From contig CBEVQO010000002.1 in NCBI GenBank assembly GCA_965552055.1, positions 352,001 through 416,000 on the forward strand: a DNA stretch of 64,000 nt, read 5' to 3'. Positions within the stretch are counted from its first letter, which is position 1, and every line of letters begins with the position of its first letter. This document shows, piece after piece, positions 1 through 9,676 of this stretch. This stretch comes from an uncultured bacterium (GTDB lineage Bacteria > Hydrothermota > UBA3073 > NMUJ01 > CBEVQO01). Position numbers and translations under genes: made by a program. Under the pieces are notes generated by a model. The model worked only from the letters and a program-made list of their open reading frames with translations. It did not search any database and had not been told where the DNA came from.

Positions 1-5
1 CTTCT

Positions 6-308
6 TCAATCATTCCATCGTTTTTTCTTGACATACTCGTAAATTGTTTTACCTAAATCATAAGCCGTCCAAGCTGCGAAGATTATTTGACCAGCTATAG
101 GGATTGCAGTGGCTATTGAACCTTTGACTCCAATTTTGGTAAGAGTAATCGCCGTAGCTCTCAATAAACCTCCCCCTAAACTCTTTTTTATCTGATATCC
201 TCCGAGACGAATTACAGGTTGTGCTAAATACCGACTTACTTTTATAGCGGTTCCAACATTATATGCTGTCTTCACGGTTTTGTTTATTAATTTATTTAAG
301 TTATTCAT
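6..308 (-). CDS. Hypothetical small basic protein with a hydrophobic C-terminal half
   Basis: 100 aa ORF with a GAGGGAG ribosome-binding site upstream and a Gly/Ala-rich hydrophobic segment (GSIATAIPIAGQIIFAAWTAY); no family recognised. Confidence 0.55.
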   Translation of the reverse strand: MNNLNKLINKTVKTAYNVGTAIKVSRYLAQPVIRLGGYQIKKSLGGGLLRATAITLTKIGVKGSIATAIPIAGQIIFAAWTAYDLGKTIYEYVKKKRWND

Positions 309-404
309 AACTCCCTCTTTATTTTCTTATACGAATAAATTTTGATTTTGTGACAGAGAATTTTTATTTCTTGACTTTTTAAAAAAGTATTTAAATTATA
401 ATGG

Positions 405-602
405 ATGAAGGTAATTTATGACCCTGAAACGGATACATTAAATATTATTTTGCGTGAAAGCGAGATAATAGAAAGCGACGAAATACAGGGTGGTATAATC
501 GTGGACTATGACAAAGATGGCAGAATCGTTTCTATCGAAATACTTGATGCATCCGAATATGTCGATAAACCCGAATCTATAATTTACGAATTAAAAAGGT
601 AA
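405..602 (+). CDS. DUF2283 family small acidic protein
   Basis: MKVIYDPETDTLNI...GIIVDYDKDGRIVSIEILDAS matches the characteristic DUF2283 pattern. Confidence 0.85.
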   Translation: MKVIYDPETDTLNIILRESEIIESDEIQGGIIVDYDKDGRIVSIEILDASEYVDKPESIIYELKR

Positions 603-603
603 G

Positions 604-2901
604 TTATCTACCGTGATAAATGTAGGGTGCCCAGTATAGTGGATGCTTGAATTTCTCTCTTAATTTCAGCATAGCGCATCTGACCGCACCGCACACACCC
701 CTATCCATATTCTCATAAAAATATTTTACAAAATCAAAAGAGGAAATCTGTGGAATTTTCCATAATGCCCCGAGCATAGAGTTCGCACCTGCACATAAAA
801 GACCATACAAAAAGCCCGTTAAACGCTCCTGATAAAGATGGGGAACACCACTCTCACATGCATCCAAAAACACAAAAGATGAAAAAGGCAAAGAAATAAT
901 ATCTGAAACACTCAAAACAAAATCTTCACTTATTATCAGCTTCGAATTAAAGGGATTTTCTCTGTCAAATTCACCATGAACCGAAAAATGAATTATATCC
1001 CAGCCTTCTTCCAACATGGACTTTAACTCCAAAACACTTTTGCCTTCAAATACTTTAACTTTACTAAATTTATTCGCACTCATTACAACTTTTCTTTCTA
1101 TGTCAAACTCAGGATTTAAAATTATTAATATAGAACATGGCTCTTTAACTTCTTTAAATTCAAGAAATACATCTTCACTATAGGCAAATGAAATCTCAAA
1201 ATCATCGATCAAATATCTATCCCGCTTCAAAATATGAAAAGGTAAAAGATGCAAAATCTTATGAGGAATTATTATGATTTTCTTTTTACCCTTAACATAA
1301 TCCCACACAGGATTTATCACTTCATACCATAAATCCATCAAACTCCTATCAATTTCACTTTCATTTAAAATTAGAGATATTAAATGGGTAACCTCTGAAA
1401 ATAAATCTATATTTAAACTTTTAACCTTTACATCGAAATTTTCCCTATCGATGCAGAAAATAGCAAGTTTATCTTTTGATAAATAGTATCGTAATAAAAC
1501 TTCGTCTTTTAAATTTTTCTGTAATTCCTTTAATTTTGGGATGTGTGCCTCTATCAATCGCTTTATGCCGGATTTACGCACCCAAACAGCTACCCTCGCA
1601 CCACACGCACGGGAACAAAAAGAAAACGCTACCCTTTTATTGTAATTCAACAAATTAAAAACAGCATAATCATACAAAGATTCTATAAAAACAGGATACT
1701 TAAATCCATAAAGATGAGAATTTTCTTCATAAAGATTTATCGCCTTATTGAAATATTTTTGGGCTTTCCTGTAATCACAAAGAAAATGATAAAATTTACC
1801 ATGTATTAAATTGAATTCCAGAATATCTCTTATATTCCACATCTTTAATTTTTTAAGTTTTGAAAGAATATTTTTAGCCTTATTAAATTTGCCCTCTTCT
1901 ATATAGAAATCAGCAAGATGAAGCATTGCAGGGATATATTCTTCAATATCCTTTGATTTCTCAAAGAGCTTTATTGCCTTCTTTAAATTTTCTTCTTTAT
2001 TCTCAATCTGCGATAATAATCTGTAAAATTTGCCTTCAAGTTTATATAATTTTTTGTCCCTTAAAATTTTCAGTCCTTTCTTTATTTTTTCTTTTGCTTC
2101 TTTAATCCTGCCTTCTTCTATGTATATGTCTGCGAGTCCTGCCAGTGCATGAATTTTTGGTAATAAAATTTTCTTTGATTTTATAAGAATTTGCTTTAAA
2201 AATTTTTCTGCTTCTTTTGTATCACCATAAAGTATGTGCCAGTCAGCCAGATTCGTAAGATAAAAGCAAATCGCTTCAACATCCCGTTTCTTTTCAGCAA
2301 GTTCAAATGATTTATTCCACAAATTATATGCATCGGTAAGATTGCCAGAATAAAACTCACATAAACCAATATTTAAATAACATCTTATCAAGCCCTCAAC
2401 ATCCTCTGTTTTTTCAACTATTTTCAAAGTATTTTCAAAATCTTTCTTTGATTTCTCAAACTCACCGAGATAAAGATAAATGGTACCCCTGTTAAAATAG
2501 CAAGCAGGTAAAAGGTCTAATTTATCTTCCTCTGGTAAATCACCGCAAACTTTAATTGCTCTATTCAAAACTTTTATACCTTCCTGATAATTTGAAGTCC
2601 TTGTTAAAAATATGCTCATATTGAGCAATGTTAATGCTATATTATAGGCATCTTCCTGATTTTCTGCAAGCGACAGCGCCTTTTTGCCATATAAAAGTGC
2701 TTTCATGTTATCACCCATGGTGTTATAGGTCAATGCTTTATAAAGATAATATTTGAAGCGTGCATCATCATCCGCATACTTTATCTTCCATCTCAGTTTT
2801 TCAAAAATTTCCAGAGATTTATCCGCTTCCCCTTCAATATTATACTTTTTTATCTTCTCAAGGGCTTCCTTTATTTCATTCGATTTTAATTTTGAATTCA
2901 T
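604..2901 (-). CDS. TPR-repeat protein with C-terminal CHAT (caspase-like) protease domain
   Basis: Multiple TPR-like helical repeats, then CHAT motifs IIIIPHKILHLLPFH, HFSVHG (catalytic His), DACES (catalytic Cys), GALW and HPLYWAPY. Confidence 0.9.
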   Translation of the reverse strand: MNSKLKSNEIKEALEKIKKYNIEGEADKSLEIFEKLRWKIKYADDDARFKYYLYKALTYNTMGDNMKALLYGKKALSLAENQEDAYNIALTLLNMSIFLTRTSNYQEGIKVLNRAIKVCGDLPEEDKLDLLPACYFNRGTIYLYLGEFEKSKKDFENTLKIVEKTEDVEGLIRCYLNIGLCEFYSGNLTDAYNLWNKSFELAEKKRDVEAICFYLTNLADWHILYGDTKEAEKFLKQILIKSKKILLPKIHALAGLADIYIEEGRIKEAKEKIKKGLKILRDKKLYKLEGKFYRLLSQIENKEENLKKAIKLFEKSKDIEEYIPAMLHLADFYIEEGKFNKAKNILSKLKKLKMWNIRDILEFNLIHGKFYHFLCDYRKAQKYFNKAINLYEENSHLYGFKYPVFIESLYDYAVFNLLNYNKRVAFSFCSRACGARVAVWVRKSGIKRLIEAHIPKLKELQKNLKDEVLLRYYLSKDKLAIFCIDRENFDVKVKSLNIDLFSEVTHLISLILNESEIDRSLMDLWYEVINPVWDYVKGKKKIIIIPHKILHLLPFHILKRDRYLIDDFEISFAYSEDVFLEFKEVKEPCSILIILNPEFDIERKVVMSANKFSKVKVFEGKSVLELKSMLEEGWDIIHFSVHGEFDRENPFNSKLIISEDFVLSVSDIISLPFSSFVFLDACESGVPHLYQERLTGFLYGLLCAGANSMLGALWKIPQISSFDFVKYFYENMDRGVCGAVRCAMLKLREKFKHPLYWAPYIYHGR

Positions 2902-3307
2902 CTATTTCCTCTTTATTGATGATTTTAACTTTGTATATTCCTTTTTGCAGTGCGGTAAAAGTGACTCTTCCCGATTTTGATGTTTCCTTCTCGATTTTTT
3001 CTTTTTTGCTCTCAAATATCACATTTATCCCTTCAACTCCCTTTCCTTCCTTTTCTACGGCGATCTCAACATTTATCCCTTTTTCTCCATGAATTGCCCT
3101 GCATATTATTGAATAACCTTTTTTCTCACGGACGATTTCGAACTCAGGCTTTATTTCTATCTCCTGACCTTTCACTTTTATTTTCTTAACACCTTTTTTA
3201 AGAACATCTGACAAAATTAAAATTTCTTTCTCTGCCTTTTTCTTCAAAATTTCAAATCTTTTTAATTCCTTTAAAAATTCAAAATCGTTATATTCTTTGT
3301 CTCCCAT
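2876..3307 (-). CDS. Hypothetical protein with C-terminal carboxypeptidase-regulatory/prealbumin-like beta domain; candidate anti-sigma or protease substrate
   Basis: C-terminal GVEGINVIF...ETSKSGRVTFTALQKGIYKVKI pattern; overlaps both neighbouring genes. Confidence 0.65.
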   Translation of the reverse strand: MGDKEYNDFEFLKELKRFEILKKKAEKEILILSDVLKKGVKKIKVKGQEIEIKPEFEIVREKKGYSIICRAIHGEKGINVEIAVEKEGKGVEGINVIFESKKEKIEKETSKSGRVTFTALQKGIYKVKIINKEEIDEFKIKIE

Positions 3308-3998
3308 ATAACCTTTCCTCTATCCTTTTGCGTAAGCGACTGCGAATCCTCGAATACCTCTGATTCAATGTATTCAAAGGAATATTCAATGCCCTTGCTA
3401 ATTTTTTTCTATCAACCTTAGGCACATCAGCAATTATTTCAATCAGTTTTCCTTTATCATAACTTTTAGAAACTTCTTCCAAATCTTCTTTATTTATAAA
3501 TTCTGTTGCATTTGAGCATGCCAGAAATATAAATCTATCCAGTGGTGAAAGTTCTTCTATTGCTTCCAGTATTGCCCTTTTCATTTCCTCTTTTTCAATA
3601 TCTTTTTGAATGTCTCCCGGGTCGGGTATCAACTCTTCTTCTATTTCTTTAAATTGCCTTTCTTCTATTTTCTTCTGCAAATTGCATCTTTTAAAATCGC
3701 ACCATAAGGAAAGAAGTACCATTTCACAATAAGTTTTTATATCACTTTTATTTTCGTCAAATCCTTTGAATTTTTTATTAAGATGATCCGCACAATAAAT
3801 ATAAAAGTTTTGTCCAATATCCTCGATTTCATCCATAGTAAAGTAAATTTTCAAATGTGGTATCTGATAATAGAAAAAGTTCTGCATTATCAGCTTATAG
3901 GACAACTTTGAGGATATGAATTCCTGATAGGCATCATCGTCTCCATTTTTAATGCGCTTCACAAGAGAAAGGAGCTCATACCACTTTTCCTTTCTCAT
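3288..3998 (-). CDS. ECF-type sigma-70 family RNA polymerase sigma factor (divergent)
   Basis: N-terminal LVKRIKNGDDDAYQEF and region-4 HTH (AIEELSPLDRFIF...KKLARALNIPLNTLNQRYSRIRSRLR); ATG at 3998 preferred over TTG at 4001. Confidence 0.8.
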   Translation of the reverse strand: MRKEKWYELLSLVKRIKNGDDDAYQEFISSKLSYKLIMQNFFYYQIPHLKIYFTMDEIEDIGQNFYIYCADHLNKKFKGFDENKSDIKTYCEMVLLSLWCDFKRCNLQKKIEERQFKEIEEELIPDPGDIQKDIEKEEMKRAILEAIEELSPLDRFIFLACSNATEFINKEDLEEVSKSYDKGKLIEIIADVPKVDRKKLARALNIPLNTLNQRYSRIRSRLRKRIEERLYGRQRI

Positions 3999-4054
3999 CA
4001 AAATATTTTAAATGAGTTATAGCATGTCAACAAAAAATTTTGCGATTATCTTGA

Positions 4055-4651
4055 TTAAGGCAATTTTTCTTTTATTATTTTAACTTTAACTTTGTATCCC
4101 GTCAATTGCTCAAATATTTTAAAGAAATTTTTCGCTTGATTTATTGACTTATCGTATAAATCGGTATTGTAAAGCAAAGAATCGACAACATTTTTTATAG
4201 CCTCGCGTGCATATAAAAATTGCTCCCTTCTCGTTAATAATTTTTCTGCCTTAAAACCAAATTTGGGCTCTCTTATCTCAATCGGCTTATAATCGGTAAT
4301 ATCAACCGAGATAACTTCGGGCTCCGGTAAACTTATTTCTATTTGTCTTAAGATATCATTTATTTTGATTTCTGTCCTATCAGCATCAAATCCCACTATT
4401 ACATGTGCACGAACTAACGCAATTACATCAAAATGATAGGTGAATAATCCTGATTTTTTCTCTTTCCTATATTCAATATCCTGTGAGATAAAAATATCTT
4501 GTGTTGCAAGCTTTAAAATGTCCTTTACATGTTCAACCGTTATAACTGCTTCTTTTTCCAGCTTCTCCCTTTGTAAAAATCCTGCCCTATACAAAATATA
4601 AACTATAAAAGCAATTACACAAAGTATTAAAAAAGTTTTTAAGAACCTCAT
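4055..4651 (-). CDS. DUF4230 family membrane-anchored protein
   Basis: N-terminal TM helix, then IALVRAHVIVGFD...IEISLPEPEVISVD. Confidence 0.75.
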   Translation of the reverse strand: MRFLKTFLILCVIAFIVYILYRAGFLQREKLEKEAVITVEHVKDILKLATQDIFISQDIEYRKEKKSGLFTYHFDVIALVRAHVIVGFDADRTEIKINDILRQIEISLPEPEVISVDITDYKPIEIREPKFGFKAEKLLTRREQFLYAREAIKNVVDSLLYNTDLYDKSINQAKNFFKIFEQLTGYKVKVKIIKEKLP

Positions 4652-4656
4652 CTTAA

Positions 4657-4712
4657 ATTTTACTCAAAAAATAGAATTGTCAATCTTGACATAGAAATTA
4701 TAAAGTTAAAAT
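4657..4712. promoter_or_regulatory. Back-to-back divergent promoters, both TTGACA-N15-TAAAAT with ATG 5 nt downstream
   Basis: Minus strand: TTGACA 4683-4678, TAAAAT 4662-4657, ATG 4651. Plus strand: TTGACA 4686-4691, TAAAAT 4707-4712, ATG 4718. Confidence 0.7.
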
Positions 4713-4717
4713 TTAAT

Positions 4718-5404
4718 ATGAAACTGCCATCGGGCAGACCACAAATTGTGAAAATTGAAGATAAAAAATTTTTAAGAATTGCAATAAAAACACATGTATT
4801 GACGGATAAAGATGATATGCTTAAAGTTATCAAAAAATATACAAAAGGCATCTTAAAGAGGGGAGATATAATTTGTGTGAGTGAAAGTCCTCTTGCGATA
4901 ACCCAGGGAAGAGCCATTCCCGAAGATAAAATAAAAGTTTCTTTACCCGCGAGAATTTTGTGGAGATTTGTTCGCAAAGTGCCGTATGGCATTGGATTAC
5001 GCAGTCCACAAAGCATGCAGGTGGCTATCAATGAAGCTGGCTTACTGCGGATATTAATTGCTTCAATTTTCTCGGCATTAACAAAGCCCTTTGGAATAAG
5101 AGGAGTATTTTATAAAGTGGCGGGCAAACAGGTAGCGATGATAGATGCAGCACACACAACACCTGTAAAGCCCTATGATAAATGCGTTATAAAAGGACCA
5201 AAAGAGCCAGAAAAATTTGTTTACAGGGTGAAAAAAGAATTGGGCAATCCCTGTGCCGTTGTCGATGTAAATGATATAGCAGGTGCATGGATTGTAGCAC
5301 ATACGAAAGACATAAATTCAAATTTGCTCAAAAAAATACTGGATGATAATCCAATGGGACAGGGAAAAGAACTGACCCCCATCTGTCTTGTAAGAGAAAT
5401 CTAA
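4718..5404 (+). CDS. Coenzyme F420-0:gamma-glutamyl ligase (CofE-like) family protein
   Basis: AIKTHVL...GDIICVSESPLAITQGR, VVDVND and DNPMGQGKELTPI motifs. Confidence 0.8.
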   Translation: MKLPSGRPQIVKIEDKKFLRIAIKTHVLTDKDDMLKVIKKYTKGILKRGDIICVSESPLAITQGRAIPEDKIKVSLPARILWRFVRKVPYGIGLRSPQSMQVAINEAGLLRILIASIFSALTKPFGIRGVFYKVAGKQVAMIDAAHTTPVKPYDKCVIKGPKEPEKFVYRVKKELGNPCAVVDVNDIAGAWIVAHTKDINSNLLKKILDDNPMGQGKELTPICLVREI

Positions 5405-5487
5405 AAATCGTCATCAATGTTAAAGTTTCTTTGTCAATAAAAATTCGGTACTTTGATTACTGCGATTTTGAACTTATTAAAATAATT

Positions 5488-6588
5488 TCAAAGATATCTT
5501 TTTATTATTCTTAAAACATCTTCTTTTCTTATTTCTTTCGGGTCGTTTCTTTTTGAATATTCTTCAAGCAAAATTTTTATTTCTTTTTCTGTTAAACCAA
5601 ATTGCGAAAATCTCCATCTTACACCTGATATTTTTATAAATTCCTCTGCAAAATTATTTTTCCCGAATATTTTTATAATGTGCTTCATTTTTTCTTCATC
5701 TTTTTCAAATTCCACATATCCCGGCAAAAGCAAAGCATTTGCAACACCATGTGGTATTTCAATCAGACCTCCCATTATGCCCGATAAACTGTGAATAAGA
5801 CACAAGCCAGCGTTCAAAAAAGCCACCCCTGCACACATACTACCAAGCAATAGTTTGCCCCAGCAATTTACATCACCTTTACCTGTCAATACTTTGGCAA
5901 AACTATCTGAAAATAGTTCAAAGCATTTCTCAGCATAAGCATCGCTTAAAGGCGAAGCTTTCACGGATAAATAAGCCTCTACAGCATGACAGAGAGCATC
6001 CATACCCGCTGAAAGCGCGACATCAACAGGACAGTGAATCAAAAAATCTGGGTCAAGAATTGCATATTTTGCAAATAAAAAATCACTCCTTATGCTCCTT
6101 TTCCTCTTTGTCTCTGGATTTTTCAAAACACTGTTATTGGTAACCTCAGAGCCCGTTCCCGCAGTCGTTGGAACCGCAATAAAAGGTACACCTTCCTTCT
6201 CAACTTTTCTAAATCCATCTTTTTCAAGATAATCACTTGATTTGCCATCGGCATACATCAATCCAGCAACTGCTTTCGCAGTATCAAGCACACTACCTCC
6301 TCCTATACCGCAAATAACATCCGGCTCAAATTCCCTGCATTTCGATAGATAAAAATCAACATCAAAGGGTGCTGGCTCAGCAGGCACACCGGCAAATATT
6401 TTATAAACAACATTTCCCGATTTTAAAATCTTTTCAATCTCTCCAAGATAACCTTTTTCTTTCAAAAACTTTCTGCCACAGATAATGGCAACTTTGTTTC
6501 CGAATTCCCTTATAATATCCGGTAAAACCCTTATTTTGCCTGCACCGAAGATTATCCTCGTAGGAGCACGAAATATAAATTCATTCAT
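5488..6588 (-). CDS. Iron-containing alcohol dehydrogenase
   Basis: GIGGGSVLDTAK, VPTTAGTGSEVT, DALCHAVE, HSLS and HGVANA motifs. Confidence 0.92.
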   Translation of the reverse strand: MNEFIFRAPTRIIFGAGKIRVLPDIIREFGNKVAIICGRKFLKEKGYLGEIEKILKSGNVVYKIFAGVPAEPAPFDVDFYLSKCREFEPDVICGIGGGSVLDTAKAVAGLMYADGKSSDYLEKDGFRKVEKEGVPFIAVPTTAGTGSEVTNNSVLKNPETKRKRSIRSDFLFAKYAILDPDFLIHCPVDVALSAGMDALCHAVEAYLSVKASPLSDAYAEKCFELFSDSFAKVLTGKGDVNCWGKLLLGSMCAGVAFLNAGLCLIHSLSGIMGGLIEIPHGVANALLLPGYVEFEKDEEKMKHIIKIFGKNNFAEEFIKISGVRWRFSQFGLTEKEIKILLEEYSKRNDPKEIRKEDVLRIIKRYL

Positions 6589-6964
6589 TTTTCTTTTCCT
6601 TTCTCTTTTTATAATCTTCTATCGCTGCTTTTATCGCCTGTTCCGCAAGCAAAGAGCAATGTAGCTTTTGAGGCGGTAAGCCTCCCAGAGCTTCTGTCAC
6701 AACCCTGTTTGATATCTCGAGTGCCTCTTCTATTGTTTTGCCTTTTATCATTTCCGTAGTCATAGAGCCCACAGCTATCGCTGCAACGCATCCAAAGGTC
6801 TCAAATTTCGCATCAACGATTTTACCATCCCTTACTTTTATATAAAGCCACATTACATCGCCACAAACAGGATTGCCAGCTTTACCCACACCATCTGCAT
6901 CTTCCATCCTGCCCATATTACGAGGATTCCTAAAATGCTCTATAACCTTTTCACTGTAATTCAT
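6581..6964 (-). CDS. nifU: Fe-S cluster scaffold, IscU/NifU N-terminal type
   Basis: YSEKVIEHFRNPRNMG, NPVCGD, FGCVAA and LHCSLLA; start reassigned to ATG 6964 after a GGAGG ribosome-binding site, with an ATGA overlap. Confidence 0.92.
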   Translation of the reverse strand: MNYSEKVIEHFRNPRNMGRMEDADGVGKAGNPVCGDVMWLYIKVRDGKIVDAKFETFGCVAAIAVGSMTTEMIKGKTIEEALEISNRVVTEALGGLPPQKLHCSLLAEQAIKAAIEDYKKRKEKKNE

Positions 6965-7593
6965 CTTGACCTCCTGCATAGCTCTATCCCACCGTAAATT
7001 ACGCAACAAAGCCCCAGAATATAAATAAGCCAGTTGAATTTATGAGGAACAAAGTTGGCAAAATCCATACCTTTTCTAATTAAATTGATCGAAATTTCCA
7101 GAAAACTATAAAGAAGCAATGCAAATCCTGCAGGTATGGTTATCTTTGAAACTAAACTTATCTCAATTTTATCTTTATTTAATAAAAATCCACTGAAAAT
7201 CACAAAGCACAGTGCAATTAGCACCGGACAAATCCATGGTGCAAACCACGGCAACGGAATAAGGAACAAAACATCCCAATCTAAAATATGAGCTGGCCAG
7301 CCGATTAATATTTTTAACCAGATGTAATAAAATATATCCCATGCACCCCACAGGTAGAAAAAGATTGACAGACGATGAAACTTCCTGCGTTCAAAACAAC
7401 TTGCAACCGCATATAATATGAAAAGTGTAAAAAATTCACGAATAAGCTCAACTTTATAATCAAAAGGTGTAAACAATTTCAATGGAAAAATGCTCTTCAA
7501 ATTTTCAGGATAATACAATTCACGGAGATAAACAACCACAGCAGATTCTATATAGCCAGCAGATAAACCAATTAAAGTGAGCCAAACTATCAT
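6961..7593 (-). CDS. Conserved hypothetical integral membrane protein
   Basis: About 6 TM segments; ESAVVVYLR, WDIFYY and WDVLFLIPLPW motifs. Confidence 0.75.
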   Translation of the reverse strand: MIVWLTLIGLSAGYIESAVVVYLRELYYPENLKSIFPLKLFTPFDYKVELIREFFTLFILYAVASCFERRKFHRLSIFFYLWGAWDIFYYIWLKILIGWPAHILDWDVLFLIPLPWFAPWICPVLIALCFVIFSGFLLNKDKIEISLVSKITIPAGFALLLYSFLEISINLIRKGMDFANFVPHKFNWLIYILGLCCVIYGGIELCRRSR

Positions 7594-7611
7594 TCCATCT
7601 GAAAGATAATA

Positions 7612-8517
7612 TCACACATATTTTATCATCTCGGTAAGTGCCCTTTTTGCTCTATCTATTATATCTGTGGGTAATTTCACTTCGTATCTCTCATATAGTA
7701 GGGCATCATAAACATCCTGTAAGCGCGTCAATTTCATATCGTAGCAGACCCTTGAATTACCCAGGGAATAAAATTTTTTATCGGGATTTTCCTTCTTTAA
7801 CTTTCTTATCATACCTTCTTCTGTCCCTATCACGAATTCTTTTGCATCGTTTTCTTTACAATATTTCAGCATTCCAGATGTTGATAGAACTGCATCAGCC
7901 TTATCAACTACCTGAGGGGGACACTCGGGATGCACCACAATCTTTGCACCGGGAAGCTCTTTCCTGACGAGCTCGGCATCTTCCACCCTGAAGCCCTGAT
8001 GAACATAACAAAATCCATTATATAAAATTATCTCTTTATCCTTTAAATTTTTCTGCACCCAGTTTCCCAGATTTTTATCCGGAATAAAGATTATCTTTTG
8101 TGCTTCTATATTTTGACAAACTTTTATTGCATTTGCTGAAGTACAGCAAACATCGGATACTGCTTTGACATCTGCCGTAGTATTTACATAAGCAACGACC
8201 TTAGCATCGGGATATTTCTTTTTTAACTCATTAACATCTTCTGGCTTTATGAAATCGGCGAGAGGACAGCCTGCGTTTTTAACGGGTATCAAAACCTTTT
8301 TATCGGGAGATAAAATTTTGGCAGTCTCAGCCATAAACCTCACACCACAAAATACAATTATATCTGCAGAGGTTTGGGATGCTTTTCGGGCAAGTTCAAG
8401 AGAATCACCTGTAAAATCCGCAATCTCCTGCACACCCATTATCTGATAATTGTGAGCAAGTATTATTGCATTCTTTTTCTCTTTCAATTCTTTGATTTTC
8501 TCAACTAAATCAAACAT
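7612..8517 (-). CDS. nadA: Quinolinate synthase
   Basis: ILAHNYQ, GDSLEL, FCGVRFMAETAK, YVNT, CCTSAN and VHPEC motifs with Fe-S cysteines. Confidence 0.97.
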   Translation of the reverse strand: MFDLVEKIKELKEKKNAIILAHNYQIMGVQEIADFTGDSLELARKASQTSADIIVFCGVRFMAETAKILSPDKKVLIPVKNAGCPLADFIKPEDVNELKKKYPDAKVVAYVNTTADVKAVSDVCCTSANAIKVCQNIEAQKIIFIPDKNLGNWVQKNLKDKEIILYNGFCYVHQGFRVEDAELVRKELPGAKIVVHPECPPQVVDKADAVLSTSGMLKYCKENDAKEFVIGTEEGMIRKLKKENPDKKFYSLGNSRVCYDMKLTRLQDVYDALLYERYEVKLPTDIIDRAKRALTEMIKYV

Positions 8518-9676
8518 ATTTCTTCTCTTTCCAGAAAGGCGATAATTGACGCAACCTTTCCACTATCTCTGGCAACACTTCTAAAACTTTATCTATCTCA
8601 TCCTCAGTATTAAATTTGCTTAAACTGAATCTTATGCTACCATGTGCCAACTCGTGTGGCAAACCTATTGCGAGCAGTACATGTGAGGGCTCAAGCGAAC
8701 CCGAAGTGCATGCAGAGCCAGATGATGCACAAATTCCTTCAAAATCAAGTTCCATCAAAATACTTTCACCTTCTATATATTTAAAACATAAATTTAATGT
8801 ATTATAAAGGCGATTCTCAGGATGACCATTCACTATCACCTCGGGTATTTTTTCTAAAATTCCTCTTTCAAGTTTATCACGCAACTTTTTTACTTTTTTG
8901 GCTTCTTCCTGCATCTCTTTCATAGCAATTTCTGCTGCTTTACCGAGTCCTATTATCCCTGCTACATTTTCTGTTCCTGCGCGCCTGTTTCTCTCGTGAT
9001 GCCCTCCATGTAGAAGAGGATGAAATTTCACACCTTTTTTGACATAAAGTGCACCTACGCCTTTTGGACCATGAAATTTGTGCCCAGAAAGAGAAAGAAG
9101 GTCTATTCCCATCTTCTTTACATCAACAGGTATTTTGCCTACCGCCTGAACCGCATCCGTATGAAAATAAATACCATGTTCATGAGCTATTTTGGATATC
9201 TCCTCTATCGGCTCAATTGTGCCTATCTCATTATTTGCAAACATTATCGTTATCAAAATCGTATCTTTTCTTATTGCCTTTTTTAACTCATCGATATCAA
9301 CCACTCCGTATTTGTCCACAGGCAAATATGTTACTTCATAACCCATCTTTTCGAGCCATTTACAGGGATTTAGAACTGCATGATGCTCTATCTTTGAGGT
9401 AATAATATGCCTGCCTTTTTCTCTCAATGCAAATGCTATTCCTTTTATCGCAGTATTGTTCGATTCTGTTCCTCCAGAAGTGAAAATTATTTCTTCGGGT
9501 TCAGCATTTATAAGCCTTGCGACCTTTTCCCTTGCTTCTTCAACATCTTTTTTTACATTCTGTGCAAATTTGTAAATAGAAGAGGGATTGGCATACTGCT
9601 CCTTTAAATAGGGTAACATCGCATCAAACACCCTATCATCCATCTTTGTAGTGGCATTATTATCAAGATAAATCAT
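8510..9676 (-). CDS. nifS: Cysteine desulfurase
   Basis: YLDNNATT, FTSGGTES, HTDAVQ, SGHKFHGPKG and SSGSACTS. Confidence 0.97.
   Translation of the reverse strand: MIYLDNNATTKMDDRVFDAMLPYLKEQYANPSSIYKFAQNVKKDVEEAREKVARLINAEPEEIIFTSGGTESNNTAIKGIAFALREKGRHIITSKIEHHAVLNPCKWLEKMGYEVTYLPVDKYGVVDIDELKKAIRKDTILITIMFANNEIGTIEPIEEISKIAHEHGIYFHTDAVQAVGKIPVDVKKMGIDLLSLSGHKFHGPKGVGALYVKKGVKFHPLLHGGHHERNRRAGTENVAGIIGLGKAAEIAMKEMQEEAKKVKKLRDKLERGILEKIPEVIVNGHPENRLYNTLNLCFKYIEGESILMELDFEGICASSGSACTSGSLEPSHVLLAIGLPHELAHGSIRFSLSKFNTEDEIDKVLEVLPEIVERLRQLSPFWKEKKYV

Noticed and set aside
4718..5404. Evidence for coenzyme F420 biosynthesis
   Set aside because: No other cof/fbi genes are in the window, and CofE-like homologs occur in organisms without F420.
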